This document shows, piece by piece, positions 18,431-27,955 of a DNA stretch of 37,791 bases (position 1 is the first letter of the stretch; every line of letters starts with the position of its first letter). The stretch is from a virus (taxonomy: Duplodnaviria; Caudoviricetes). Below the pieces are notes generated by a model. The model was given only the letters and a program-made list of their open reading frames with translations. It had not been told where the DNA came from and ran no database searches. The translations under genes and the position numbers were made by a program. The stretch lies in IMG/VR virus record IMGVR_UViG_3300022178_001201, positions 1-37,791 of that record; one strand, written 5' to 3'.

Positions 18431-19777
18431 ATGGCTGATCTTAATGCTCTAATCGCTCAAGGTGCTCAGTTCAAAGCGCCACCCGATCCTTTTGCTCAGT
18501 TTGCTCAGATGCAGCAGATGCAACAGGGTCAGCAAGCTAATCAGTTGAACCAGATGAAGATGCAAGAGTATCAACGCGGCATGGAGGAAACTAACGCCCT
18601 TCGTCGCCTTGACCCATCTTCACCAACGTATTTGAACGAGGTAATGAAGATTAGTCCTGAAAAGGGATTTGCATTCGGTAAGCTGAAACAGGAAGCTAAA
18701 ACCGCAGGCACTGAGGGGCAGATTAAGGATACGAAGTTAATAGCTGACAAGCTGGCACTTCTTCCTGATGCGTACCGTATGGCGGACACCCCCGAGGCGT
18801 ATTTTCAATTGCATAATTCTGTTCACTCAGACCCTGTACTTGGCCCTTGGCTTAATAGCATGGGTGCAACATCGGAAAAAGGTATTGCTACATTGCAGGA
18901 AGCATTGCAAACTGGAAAATTTGGTGAGTTGCGCATGAAGTCAATGCAGAGTGTTAGTCAGTTGCTTGACAGCATGAAACCATTAACAGTAGCTGCTGGT
19001 AGTTCTGTGTACAACCCACAAGCAGGAACCTTTACCCAAGCACCACGAGCAGATCAATTGAAGACTCCCGCTGAATTAGCACAAGCAATTCAATTGGCAC
19101 AAGCTAGTCGTGCTCCCGGTGCAACCGTTATCCTGCCAGCGCAGGAAAAAGCGTTTGAGGCCGAGTTGGGTAAGGGTCAATCGCAAAAGATTCTTGCAAG
19201 TAAGACTGCTGCCGAAGACGCAGCACAAATTCTTCAAACCAACGATGTTGGTCGTTCGCTTCTCAAGTCTGGTGCTATTACAGGCACTGGTGCTAACTTC
19301 TTTGTTGGTCTTAACAATGCACTTAAGCAAGGCGGGGTTGACTTCGGGTATGCAGATGCTGCCGCAAATTCACAAGCGTACGGTGCAGCAATGGCTGCAA
19401 ACACTGGTAAGCTAATTAAGCAGTTTGGTGCTGGAACTGGTATATCGGATGCTGACCGTGCCTATGCGACAAAAGCTGCCGCTGGTGAAATCTCAATGAC
19501 TGAGAATGCGATTCGTAAAGTCTTGGATATTAATGATCGTGCGGCACGGAGCATAATCCAAAGACATAATCAGTCCGTCAAAGGTATTAAGACAAACATT
19601 CCACTAGATGTTGAAGTACCGACAAGTGGCGCGCCTTCACAACCAGCCGAGAATGCGATTCCCACCAGCCGATCAGCACCCCCCAAACCCGCTGCACGCA
19701 CTGTAACGCGCACGGGTACACTTGGTGGTCGCCAAGTTATCCAATATAGTGATGGAAGTGTTGAATATGCCAATTGA
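18431..19777 (+). CDS. Internal virion / ejection protein
   Basis: 448-aa helical A/Q-rich protein at the gp20 position. Confidence 0.65.
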   Translation: MADLNALIAQGAQFKAPPDPFAQFAQMQQMQQGQQANQLNQMKMQEYQRGMEETNALRRLDPSSPTYLNEVMKISPEKGFAFGKLKQEAKTAGTEGQIKDTKLIADKLALLPDAYRMADTPEAYFQLHNSVHSDPVLGPWLNSMGATSEKGIATLQEALQTGKFGELRMKSMQSVSQLLDSMKPLTVAAGSSVYNPQAGTFTQAPRADQLKTPAELAQAIQLAQASRAPGATVILPAQEKAFEAELGKGQSQKILASKTAAEDAAQILQTNDVGRSLLKSGAITGTGANFFVGLNNALKQGGVDFGYADAAANSQAYGAAMAANTGKLIKQFGAGTGISDADRAYATKAAAGEISMTENAIRKVLDINDRAARSIIQRHNQSVKGIKTNIPLDVEVPTSGAPSQPAENAIPTSRSAPPKPAARTVTRTGTLGGRQVIQYSDGSVEYAN

Positions 19778-22223
19778 TACCGCCAAAATCCAATGGGATA
19801 CTCCCACTATTGACCCGTCAACGGTTCAGTGGGATGCCCCTCAATCGTCACCCATCCCAACGGGAGTTGCCCCCACTCGACAAGCTCCGGGGTTTATGAC
19901 AAGGTTGGGACGTGGTGCGGCATCATTGGCAGACGTTACGCTTGGTGGTGTATTACCAGCAATTGCTCAACAGGTTGCGTACCCATTGGCACGCATGGGT
20001 CGTACACCTGAGGAAGCACAAGCTGCCACTCAGCGTGTTGTCGGTGCAGTCGATCAACCATTCGGTAAAGCATTTGGTGTTGCTGATACACCCGAGTATC
20101 AACAAGAGAGTGGTCGTCAATTATTAGATTTTATTGGGCAAAACTTTCAAAAGGGTTCTAAGTGGATTTCCGATAAGACAGGTCTTCCTCAATCCGATGT
20201 TGAAAGTTATCTTGGAACTGCTGCCATCGCATCACCCGTTGTAGCGCCCAAGGTATCCCGTGCCGTTCAATCAGCAATTGCACCGTCTATGGAAAAAGCA
20301 GTTGTTGGCACAAAAATGTCACTTGAGCCACGAACACAAGCTCGACTTGAGAAACTATCCGCAGAGGACTATGCGAGAGGGCCACAGATAGATGCCGTTG
20401 CTGAAGCGCAGCGACTCAAACTTGCAATGAAGCCTACCGATATTCAATCGACAACAGGCCCAAGACTAATGGAGAGCATGGCTGGTGAAAAGGGTGTCGA
20501 TGCCATTACAGCGTTTAATAAAAATCGCATTCGTGAGATTGCCGTTAATGAACTTGGACTCCCACCCACCGCACAACTTAATGGTGAAACAGCATTTAAG
20601 CAAGCACGGGTTCAATTAGAAAAACCATACAGGGAAGTTGGAAATCTGCCTATACAGCAAGCAGATGATGCAATGATCCAACGGCTTGAGAATATTCGCA
20701 GCGATTTAGATGTTATCGGTGCAAAGGAATACGCACCCGCAATAAGCAAAATCGTGGACGATGCGATTGCAAAAACTCAAACTGGTTTAACTGGTAAAGA
20801 GTTGTTAAAGAATGTCAGCGTTCTTCGTGAACGGGCACGCAAAACATACAACAATAAAGCTGCCACAACTGAGGCATTGGATGTTGCGGATACAAATCTC
20901 AGAATAGCGACAGAGTTGGAATCACTGATTGACAACAGCATATCCAATCCAAAGTTACTTGAGCAATATCGTGACGCACGACAGAAAATGGCCCGTACTT
21001 ATGCGTACGAGGGGGCTACGGATTTCAACACAGGCATGGTCGATGCCAGCAAGTTGGCACGCATTACATCTAAAAATAATGCCTTGACTGGTGATATTGC
21101 TTCGTTGGGTAAAATTGCTGGGAATTTCCCTGAGCGATTTACAACAGTTGCATCAACCCCTTGGTCAAAAGCTGCCGCACTCGGTAGAACAGGTCTTGCC
21201 GGGTCGCTTGGTGGATTAGCAGGGTACGCACTAGGTGGAGATTATGCAAGTGCTGCCATTGGATCGGTGTTGGGGGCTGGTGCGGGTAGAGTTGGTCAAT
21301 CTGCTGCTGCTCGACAGGTGGCATCACCCGGTTATCAGGCTGGGTTGCAATTGCGTGATATGCGAATTCCAGTCAACCAGTTGGCTGCATCCATGCGACC
21401 CGTAGAGCCAAGTGTTACAACCAACAGTTTGGTTCCTTACGATTATTCTCAATCAGTTGTGATGCCGGGTGAGCAACCAAACTTTGTCTTCGGTCGCCCA
21501 GAAGCACAGGTCACTGCTGGTATGCCTCAAGGTGGGCCTGCTCAATTGGCTGCACCAAGTGCTCAAGGCACAATGAATGCACTTCGTACCGAACAAGCTC
21601 GTGCTGGTGAAATGTCTCGCACATTGGGTCAACAAGCTGAAGCTGCTCAAGCTGCTCAGGCTGCTGCCGCCCCAAGACAACCCGCAACAGGTGGTATCCA
21701 GTTTGATCTCGATCCAGTCACAGGTAGGTTAGTTCCGACAAGTGCTGGTGTCCGTGGTGCAACTCCCGAAGTGTTTCAAGCCGATACAGGCGCATCACTC
21801 AAGTCGGCTACCGACAAGGTTGCAGCAGGCCAACAGTTTGCAATGTCAGCAGCAGAGAAGGTTGCATGGGACAAGACCCGTGTCGATCTGGCATCGGTTG
21901 CACCCGAGTACAAGTCACTGACATCCAAACAACTGTCTGTCAAGATGATGGATCGCCAATGGGTTGCTGACACCATTTCAAAGATTCAGGAGAAAATTGC
22001 TGCATTTGATGAGATTGGTAAACGTGCTCAAGGCGCAGACGCTATTCGTGCAGCAGTTGTGGCCCGTGACAAATTGGCAGACACATTGATGACATTGGAA
22101 GAAACACTGCGTCCACCTCGTCCAGTGTCGGGAACTACTCAGGGGCCAAAGACACGCGATTTCATTCGCAATCAGTTAAACCCTTCAGCAGTTAACCCTT
22201 CAACCAACGCACTTGCGCCATAG
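19767..22223 (+). CDS. Large internal virion / ejection protein
   Basis: About 818 aa, A/G/Q-rich, at the gp16 position. Start moved to ATG19767. Confidence 0.65.
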   Translation: MPIDTAKIQWDTPTIDPSTVQWDAPQSSPIPTGVAPTRQAPGFMTRLGRGAASLADVTLGGVLPAIAQQVAYPLARMGRTPEEAQAATQRVVGAVDQPFGKAFGVADTPEYQQESGRQLLDFIGQNFQKGSKWISDKTGLPQSDVESYLGTAAIASPVVAPKVSRAVQSAIAPSMEKAVVGTKMSLEPRTQARLEKLSAEDYARGPQIDAVAEAQRLKLAMKPTDIQSTTGPRLMESMAGEKGVDAITAFNKNRIREIAVNELGLPPTAQLNGETAFKQARVQLEKPYREVGNLPIQQADDAMIQRLENIRSDLDVIGAKEYAPAISKIVDDAIAKTQTGLTGKELLKNVSVLRERARKTYNNKAATTEALDVADTNLRIATELESLIDNSISNPKLLEQYRDARQKMARTYAYEGATDFNTGMVDASKLARITSKNNALTGDIASLGKIAGNFPERFTTVASTPWSKAAALGRTGLAGSLGGLAGYALGGDYASAAIGSVLGAGAGRVGQSAAARQVASPGYQAGLQLRDMRIPVNQLAASMRPVEPSVTTNSLVPYDYSQSVVMPGEQPNFVFGRPEAQVTAGMPQGGPAQLAAPSAQGTMNALRTEQARAGEMSRTLGQQAEAAQAAQAAAAPRQPATGGIQFDLDPVTGRLVPTSAGVRGATPEVFQADTGASLKSATDKVAAGQQFAMSAAEKVAWDKTRVDLASVAPEYKSLTSKQLSVKMMDRQWVADTISKIQEKIAAFDEIGKRAQGADAIRAAVVARDKLADTLMTLEETLRPPRPVSGTTQGPKTRDFIRNQLNPSAVNPSTNALAP

Positions 22224-22261
22224 TGGTCTAAAATGACGAAACTCACTAATTGACCCACATC

Positions 22262-22510
22262 ATGACCCCAGACGAACGTGCCGAATTTGCCGCTGAAATA
22301 GCAGCAGCGATCCGAATCCGAAGTACCGACACAGGGTTATCAGAGGAAGAGCAGCGGTGGGTTCGTCTGGCTATTCAGGTCGAGGGGCAAAAGTTAGAGT
22401 TTAGAAAAACCGTGATCGAGAAAACCCTACTCAGTCTTATTTGGGCTGGCATGGTTGGTCTCGGTTACATCGTTTTGGGATGGGCTACAAATCATGGTTA
22501 CAAGCCTTAA
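22262..22510 (+). CDS. Single-TM lysis-cassette protein (holin/antiholin candidate)
   Basis: C-terminal hydrophobic segment; overlaps the endolysin start. Confidence 0.55.
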   Translation: MTPDERAEFAAEIAAAIRIRSTDTGLSEEEQRWVRLAIQVEGQKLEFRKTVIEKTLLSLIWAGMVGLGYIVLGWATNHGYKP

Positions 22511-22919
22511 CGAGCAACTTCGCAGGGATGAGGGTGAAGTCTTATCGGCTTACCCTGACAGCCTTGGTTATTTAACTATCGGTGTTGGCAGGCTCATAGA
22601 CAAGCGCCGTAACGGTGGCATCACCCCAGAGGAATCGGCTTACTTGCTGAACAACGATATCAAGCGTAAGACTGCTGAAGTCTTTGCAGCCCTACCGTGG
22701 GTCAAGGACTTAGATCAGATCAGGCTCAACGTCCTTATCAACATGGCGTTTCAAATGGGCATAGAGGGCTTGTTGGCCTTCAAAACCACCCTATCCCTAG
22801 TCCAAGGTGGCAACTACGAGCAAGCCGCTAGAAACATGATTTACAGCAAGTGGCACAGTCAGACACCAGAACGATGTGAACGCCTTGCCAAACAAATGAA
22901 AACTGGGGTCTGGCAGTAA
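22494..22919 (+). CDS. Endolysin, GH24 / T4-lysozyme-like
   Basis: LRRDEG....Y.DSLG..TIGVG catalytic motif (E-8x-D-5x-T), NMAFQMG, SKWHSQTP.R. Confidence 0.9.
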   Translation: MVTSLNEQLRRDEGEVLSAYPDSLGYLTIGVGRLIDKRRNGGITPEESAYLLNNDIKRKTAEVFAALPWVKDLDQIRLNVLINMAFQMGIEGLLAFKTTLSLVQGGNYEQAARNMIYSKWHSQTPERCERLAKQMKTGVWQ

Positions 22920-23434
22920 TGGACTGGCTGGCTACCCTCAAGTCAGTTGCCCCAACGGTTGCCGCAGCCCTGTTCGGGCCTCTCGGTGCAGTCGCCGTGG
23001 CATCCGTTGGGGAATTGTTAGGCTTGTCGGGAGCCACCAAGGACAAGATCAGTGAGATCATCCAAGCAGGCCAGATGACACCAGAACAGATTGGTAAGCT
23101 CAAAGAACTCGAACTGGAGTATCAGAACAACGAGAAAGAGCGTGGGTTCAAGTACGCTGAACTCAGTTTTAAAGATCGTGACTCAGCACGCACAGCCAAC
23201 GTGTCAGGAGGTACTCAGAAGCCCTTGTTCTGGTTGAGCCTGCTGCTGCTATCTATTACCCTTGGCACAGAGTGTATGGTGCTGTTTAAGGGTTATCCCG
23301 AGGGCACTGACCCATTGGTGGTGGGTCGTGTACTGGGATTGATGGATGCCGTTGCCATGCTCGTCCTTAGTTACTGGTACGGCACGACAAACGGATCGGC
23401 TATGAAGACTGAACTACTCGTTGCGAAGCCCTGA
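22919..23434 (+). CDS. Membrane protein, 3TM-holin-like
   Basis: VAPTVAAALFGPLG N-terminus, DRDSAR motif, two C-terminal TMs ending YWYGTT.GS..K. Confidence 0.65.
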   Translation: MDWLATLKSVAPTVAAALFGPLGAVAVASVGELLGLSGATKDKISEIIQAGQMTPEQIGKLKELELEYQNNEKERGFKYAELSFKDRDSARTANVSGGTQKPLFWLSLLLLSITLGTECMVLFKGYPEGTDPLVVGRVLGLMDAVAMLVLSYWYGTTNGSAMKTELLVAKP

Positions 23435-23656
23435 CCGGGCTTCCAAGCACTCCAGCAGCTTGTCGAGGTAGTGGCGTGCTTTCTGCACATCCTTGAGTCC
23501 ATCCTTGTCCTTGTACCGGGCGATGTACTTGATGACGTTGCCACGCAGAAATCCTTCAAACTGTTCTGGACTCATCCATGACTCCATTGCATCCCAAGGC
23601 TGCACCTTCTTGCTCTTGTAATGATCCCCACCGACTTGTAACTCATTTGCACTCAT
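23414..23656 (-). CDS. DUF3310 family protein
   Basis: QVGGDHYK...QPWD...GFLRGNVIKY..R...K.G..D..KA.HYL. Confidence 0.85.
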   Translation of the reverse strand: MSANELQVGGDHYKSKKVQPWDAMESWMSPEQFEGFLRGNVIKYIARYKDKDGLKDVQKARHYLDKLLECLEARSGLRNE

Positions 23657-24123
23657 TTCATATCCTTGGTTAATTGAATATCGTGTGAACGGGGTTTCCC
23701 ATCCAGTATCTTGTGTAGCCGTTTCTCAGTCAGGCGGTGGCAGTGAATCATGGTCCTGGCAGGCAGCGACTCAAGCACCATCGCGTAGTCTTCCAAGATA
23801 GCCCGCACCGCCTGTATACCAACACCACACAATCGAATTGGTTTGCCGTCAAAGCTACGTTTACCAGCTTGCGCCAAAGTGCTCATGGCGTCGAACAATA
23901 AATTATTGGTGTCCTCGACGTGGCCCAGTTCTATCAGGGTCTCCATCAGGTTTACAGCATCAGAGCACACCGCCCAGTCATCACGAGTGGGTTCGGGTGA
24001 CGTTTCCATCGCAATCAAACCCTCCCACATTCGCGTGAGCTGGTGGCGGCGCTGCTTTTCGCTCATCGGCTCGGTGGGGCTGGCAAGCATAGCGTCCAGC
24101 ATCGAGTAAGTTTTTAATCTCAT
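23653..24123 (-). CDS. Hypothetical protein
   Basis: 156-aa helical ORF, ATGA-coupled. Confidence 0.7.
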   Translation of the reverse strand: MRLKTYSMLDAMLASPTEPMSEKQRRHQLTRMWEGLIAMETSPEPTRDDWAVCSDAVNLMETLIELGHVEDTNNLLFDAMSTLAQAGKRSFDGKPIRLCGVGIQAVRAILEDYAMVLESLPARTMIHCHRLTEKRLHKILDGKPRSHDIQLTKDMK

Positions 24124-24329
24124 TTTTCTTTCCTGAATGTGGGCAACGGGAACCAGTAATCGAAAAACTTATCGTCCGTTGTGTGCTGGCCTTTTTGAGC
24201 CACGCCTGAACGCTTGTTAATCAACCACATGGAGACACCGCGAGGTGTGTACTCGTCGATCTTTATCCAGTGACAGCTTGGAGCGACTACCGCAGCGCCG
24301 TAGGCTGTTAGCTTGTACTCGGGGGTCAT
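24120..24329 (-). CDS. DUF551-like small protein
   Basis: WIKID..TP near the N-terminus and YWFPLP at the C-terminus. Confidence 0.55.
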   Translation of the reverse strand: MTPEYKLTAYGAAVVAPSCHWIKIDEYTPRGVSMWLINKRSGVAQKGQHTTDDKFFDYWFPLPTFRKEK

Positions 24330-24697
24330 ACGATTTTGTTTCCGTAGTCATCGAATGTTCGTCCTTGTGGTGGGCAACAAGTGTGAAGACTGACCGGACC
24401 AAGCGCACTCATAAGCCGCTTACCGCAGCGTGGGCAGAAGTTGCGCTCTTTGGCTTGGTCTAGCTGTGTTTCAAGCACACCAGCGTCATAGCCGAGTTTG
24501 AAACTTTCTTGAAGCTCTTTACCCATGCGCTGCATCTCTTTAACTAGCACAGCCTTCTCGTCCCAATCTGGGTTAAATTCAGCCAATGCCGTGTGTGCAG
24601 CGCGAACCGCAGCATCTTCAAGGCTTACCCGCGTGTCGCGTTTAATTGATGCCAAATATTTTTGGCTCAGGTCGTTATAGTATTCGTCTTTAGTCAT
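24326..24697 (-). CDS. Hypothetical protein with C-terminal zinc ribbon
   Basis: RNFCPRCGKRL...HTC motif. Confidence 0.65.
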   Translation of the reverse strand: MTKDEYYNDLSQKYLASIKRDTRVSLEDAAVRAAHTALAEFNPDWDEKAVLVKEMQRMGKELQESFKLGYDAGVLETQLDQAKERNFCPRCGKRLMSALGPVSLHTCCPPQGRTFDDYGNKIV

Positions 24698-25139
24698 GAT
24701 TGAGTTCCTTTAGTTTGGCTTCAGTTGCTCTGGCATACGCTCGGTGCGCGGCAAGCGGCTGGCCCGACATTACCCCCCATTGCGCTGTTGTTACTGCGTC
24801 GATCTTTCCATCCGTCAACCCAACCCACTCGCGCTTGATCGCTTGCTTATGATGCGCAACCCCTGCGTTGTGACCTGCCTGATATGACTTGCGATCTGCG
24901 TCTGTTAAGTCTGGCTTTGGAAACGCTTGGGCGCCTGAAGTGCCGCAAAATGGACACTCAATAGACTGCCAGCCAAGCGCAGCTAGTTGCTTAGGTGTAG
25001 GGTCAGGCTCAGTCCGTACCAATGCACCGGGACGATATGCCATGTCTTCAGGTGTCCACTGCTCCAAAGGTATCCCGTTGGGGTGCTGGTCATCCACTAC
25101 AGTGACTTTGTAAGTAGGCTCCTGCTCTGGTGTTTTCAT
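24690..25139 (-). CDS. Mosaic nin-region-like protein
   Basis: CPFCG motif and C-terminal REWVGLTD...EAKLKELN module. Confidence 0.65.
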   Translation of the reverse strand: MKTPEQEPTYKVTVVDDQHPNGIPLEQWTPEDMAYRPGALVRTEPDPTPKQLAALGWQSIECPFCGTSGAQAFPKPDLTDADRKSYQAGHNAGVAHHKQAIKREWVGLTDGKIDAVTTAQWGVMSGQPLAAHRAYARATEAKLKELNHD

Positions 25140-25228
25140 AGCGGTGCATCCTCAAAGTTGTTAGGGTTGAACTTAGGCAAAGGAGCATTGAGCTGCTTCA
25201 CGGGTAGTGTTAACGGAAAGGGCCACAT
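25136..25228 (-). CDS. 30-aa Pro-rich peptide MWPFPLTLPVKQLNAPLPKFNPNNFEDAPL (not in ORF track)
   Basis: Translated by hand. TAATG coupling upstream and ATGA coupling downstream fill the gap exactly. Confidence 0.65.
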   Translation of the reverse strand: MWPFPLTLPVKQLNAPLPKFNPNNFEDAPL

Positions 25229-25563
25229 TATTTAACCCCGGAGTAGTACATGGATCGGCGGTTGTTGTGCTCTCCTTTGCACGACTCCTTCGTCACTAAA
25301 CCCAGCCTCTCAAGGGATCGTAAACGGGCATACATCGTGCTGGAGTTCCTGTCGAGTAGTGAGGATAGTTGTGCAAGGCTTACCGGGCCGTGTGTGCAAA
25401 CTGCGGCGAATATCCGCGTCCTTGCTGGGCTGGCCTGCACCCGCACTGGGGGCCGAAACGCTCGGTTACGAATCCTTTGCTCAACATCAACGTGGTGCAA
25501 GTGCGCGGGCAAAGCACCGGGGTAGTGACCCCCGACCCAACGTGTTTGTGGTGTGTAGTTCAT
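25228..25563 (-). CDS. Winged-helix DNA-binding protein
   Basis: GPVSLAQLSSLLDRNSSTMYARLRSLERLGLV (MarR/TrmB-like HTH). Start moved to the ATGA-coupled ATG. Confidence 0.7.
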   Translation of the reverse strand: MNYTPQTRWVGGHYPGALPAHLHHVDVEQRIRNRAFRPPVRVQASPARTRIFAAVCTHGPVSLAQLSSLLDRNSSTMYARLRSLERLGLVTKESCKGEHNNRRSMYYSGVK

Positions 25564-25736
25564 TTTTTTATCCCCGTCCACGCAGTACGCGGCTCATTCG
25601 AGTGTTTGATGTAGAAGTGAATCAAGTAGTTGAAGATTTGGATGTAGCTCATTCGTATACCTGTGTGATTGGCTAAGGTCTCGCGTATCAAGTCAACATC
25701 TTGGTTCACACTTACAGTGATTCGTTTCGTGCTCAT
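25560..25736 (-). CDS. 58-aa protein, possible ribbon-helix-helix (MSTKRITVSVNQDVDLIRETL...; not in ORF track)
   Basis: Translated by hand. ATGA overlaps at both ends; alternating KRITVSV strand. Confidence 0.6.
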   Translation of the reverse strand: MSTKRITVSVNQDVDLIRETLANHTGIRMSYIQIFNYLIHFYIKHSNEPRTAWTGIKK

Positions 25737-26029
25737 ACCGAAAATCCCCGTGACTTCATCTTCAAGTGGTCATCAGCACCCGGACGCATTTGCTGGAACA
25801 CCTCACCGTCACCAGTACGATAAGTGGTGCGATCCCAAATATTGGATTTGTTAGGCAGTGCTGCACCGGGCAACTTGGGCATCAGTACAGCGCCACCGCT
25901 TACATATCGTTTAGGGTTCTTATCGCTCAGTGGCGGCAACACATGGCTCAGGCTCTGGCGATTCTCACGCAGGATGGTGCGTGTGCGTTCAGCAACAGTG
26001 CGAACAGTCTTGTCGATAGGCTTGGTCAT
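25733..26029 (-). CDS. Hypothetical basic protein
   Basis: 98-aa ORF, coupled on both sides; RPGADDHL..KSRG C-terminus. Confidence 0.7.
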   Translation of the reverse strand: MTKPIDKTVRTVAERTRTILRENRQSLSHVLPPLSDKNPKRYVSGGAVLMPKLPGAALPNKSNIWDRTTYRTGDGEVFQQMRPGADDHLKMKSRGFSV

Positions 26030-26217
26030 TTTGCTCCCCCGATATGCAGATAAGCTGTGAGGCGTTTGATGCGGTCATTGTGGTACTCAGCCATACGTTT
26101 AGCGTATTCTTGGCTTGTCTGGGCTTCTAGCAAGCTGCGTTCAGCTTGTTCTAGTTCCCTCAAGGCCAACACTTCAGCACTGGGTGCTCTGAACATTTCA
26201 ATCAATTTATTAAACAT
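26026..26217 (-). CDS. Hypothetical coiled-coil protein
   Basis: 63 aa, RBS AAGGA. Confidence 0.7.
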   Translation of the reverse strand: MFNKLIEMFRAPSAEVLALRELEQAERSLLEAQTSQEYAKRMAEYHNDRIKRLTAYLHIGGAK

Positions 26218-26246
26218 TACATTTCCTTTTGGTTACGGTGTACAAC

Positions 26247-26255
26247 AGTGTATCA
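26247..26255 (-). promoter_or_regulatory. Putative extended -10 promoter (TG-A-TACACT) for the nin-like operon
   Basis: Minus strand reads TGATACACT about 30 nt upstream of ATG26217. No clear -35. Confidence 0.4.
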
Positions 26256-27665
26256 CAGCTTTCTAGCCTGTCGGTATTCTTTTATTGCATTTCTCAAACT
26301 ACTTTGGCTTTCTGCTTTGGCATCAAGTGCAATCCCCTGTGCTTGGTCAAGTGTGTCCTGCATCATGATCCTGTGGCAGATCACTGGTACACCCTGACCT
26401 TGCCTGCGAACTCGTGCGTTCATCTGTTCATACAGATCAAGGCTCCAGTTAAGCCCGTACCAGACTACGATGTGTCCGTTGGCCTGCAAACCGTCGATAC
26501 CGTGGCCCATTGAAGCAGGATGACCGATCATCAGTAAGCAGTCATTGGTCTTCCATCGGTGCATGGCATTGACCAAACTTGCTTCAGACTTACACTCTGT
26601 CAGGTTAATCGGACGTAGGTGTTTAAACTTGGTCATGATCCGTTCAGCATCAGACCGATAGGCATACGAGCACAGCACAGGGCTACCGTTGGCTTCGTCA
26701 ATAATTTCCTCCAGTGCCTCTAGCTTGAGGTCATGGATCGGTTCCCACATGGGCATCCCTGCCACCGGGTACATAGCGCCGTTGCTGAACTGGAGACACT
26801 TGTTAGTCAGTGAGGCTTGGTTAAACACCTCGACCTCAGCGCCACTGTCCAAGCGTAAGAAGAACTCTTTTTCCATCAGGTCATACCGAGCACGCAGACC
26901 CAGAGGCATTTCAATCTCGACGTTGTTGACGATCAAGTCAGGCAGCGGGTTGTAGTCCTCAGCAGACATCTCAAGCGTGATGTCACCGATCAGCTTTTTG
27001 ATCGTGTCCTCGGTGTCATCATAGGCAATCTCTTTGTACGGGCCAATCTTGCGGTAGAACCGTGTCCTGAACGCAGTCTTGGACACACCTAGTCGCTCCC
27101 CCTTGTCGATCACCAGAAACTGACCATGTAGGTCTTTGTAGCCGTTGCTGGCTGGTGTACCCGTCAACCCGGTAGACCAGACGAAGTGATCCAGAATCTT
27201 CTTGGTAGCCTTCACTCGGTCAGTCGCAGAATTTTTCATCTTGCTAATCTCATCCCACACGATGCCATTGAAGGGGAGGGGTCTGTCCTTCTTGATGAAG
27301 TAGGTCTGGATCGTCTCCGCTAACCATTTCAGGTTTTCGTAATTCACCAAATAAACGTCAGCAGGACGAAGGAGAGCACGGGTGCGCTGATCCTTAGTGC
27401 CTGTAATCATGCTGAATCTGAAATGCTTGGTGTGTTCCCACTTCGCAGCTTCTTGTCGCCACACCAGACGGATAACCCGGATGGGGGCAACGATGATGAC
27501 AGCGCCAAGGAACTGAGTCCTGATAAGGTGGGCAATCGTGGTCAGAGTGATGACCGTCTTCCCCAGCCCCATGTCCAGCCACAACATCGAGTTGGGATGA
27601 GAGCACTGGAAGTTGACAGCCTTTTGCTGGTACTCATGTAGTAAGTTTGGAGTAAGCAGTTTCAT
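26253..27665 (-). CDS. SNF2-like DEAD/H helicase
   Basis: DMGLGKT, WDEIS, LTGTP, GHGIDGLQ and QMNARVRRQGQ motifs. Confidence 0.92.
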   Translation of the reverse strand: MKLLTPNLLHEYQQKAVNFQCSHPNSMLWLDMGLGKTVITLTTIAHLIRTQFLGAVIIVAPIRVIRLVWRQEAAKWEHTKHFRFSMITGTKDQRTRALLRPADVYLVNYENLKWLAETIQTYFIKKDRPLPFNGIVWDEISKMKNSATDRVKATKKILDHFVWSTGLTGTPASNGYKDLHGQFLVIDKGERLGVSKTAFRTRFYRKIGPYKEIAYDDTEDTIKKLIGDITLEMSAEDYNPLPDLIVNNVEIEMPLGLRARYDLMEKEFFLRLDSGAEVEVFNQASLTNKCLQFSNGAMYPVAGMPMWEPIHDLKLEALEEIIDEANGSPVLCSYAYRSDAERIMTKFKHLRPINLTECKSEASLVNAMHRWKTNDCLLMIGHPASMGHGIDGLQANGHIVVWYGLNWSLDLYEQMNARVRRQGQGVPVICHRIMMQDTLDQAQGIALDAKAESQSSLRNAIKEYRQARKL

Positions 27666-27955
27666 TTTGACCATCCCATTACATCAATCATTAACTTACC
27701 GTCAGCCACGTTGTCCACGACAAAGACAAGCACGTTCTGCTGGCGCAACTTCCCATGCTCACGCTCCTGTGCTGGTGTGGGCTTCTTACCACCTCGTTTG
27801 AACTCGCAAAAGAACACACGACCATCGGGTGCAATGAACAGTCGGTCAGGTACAGCGGCACGGGCGGGACTGGTGAACTTGTAGGTCAGCATTCCCTTGT
27901 CGCGTGCATACAGGCAGACCTTGGCCTCTATGTCTTTTTCAAGTGGATCACTCAT
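27662..27955 (-). CDS. VRR-NUC nuclease
   Basis: EKDIE...KFTSP....VPDR......FCEFK.GGKKPTP.Q motif. Start moved to MSDPLEK. Confidence 0.9.
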   Translation of the reverse strand: MSDPLEKDIEAKVCLYARDKGMLTYKFTSPARAAVPDRLFIAPDGRVFFCEFKRGGKKPTPAQEREHGKLRQQNVLVFVVDNVADGKLMIDVMGWSK

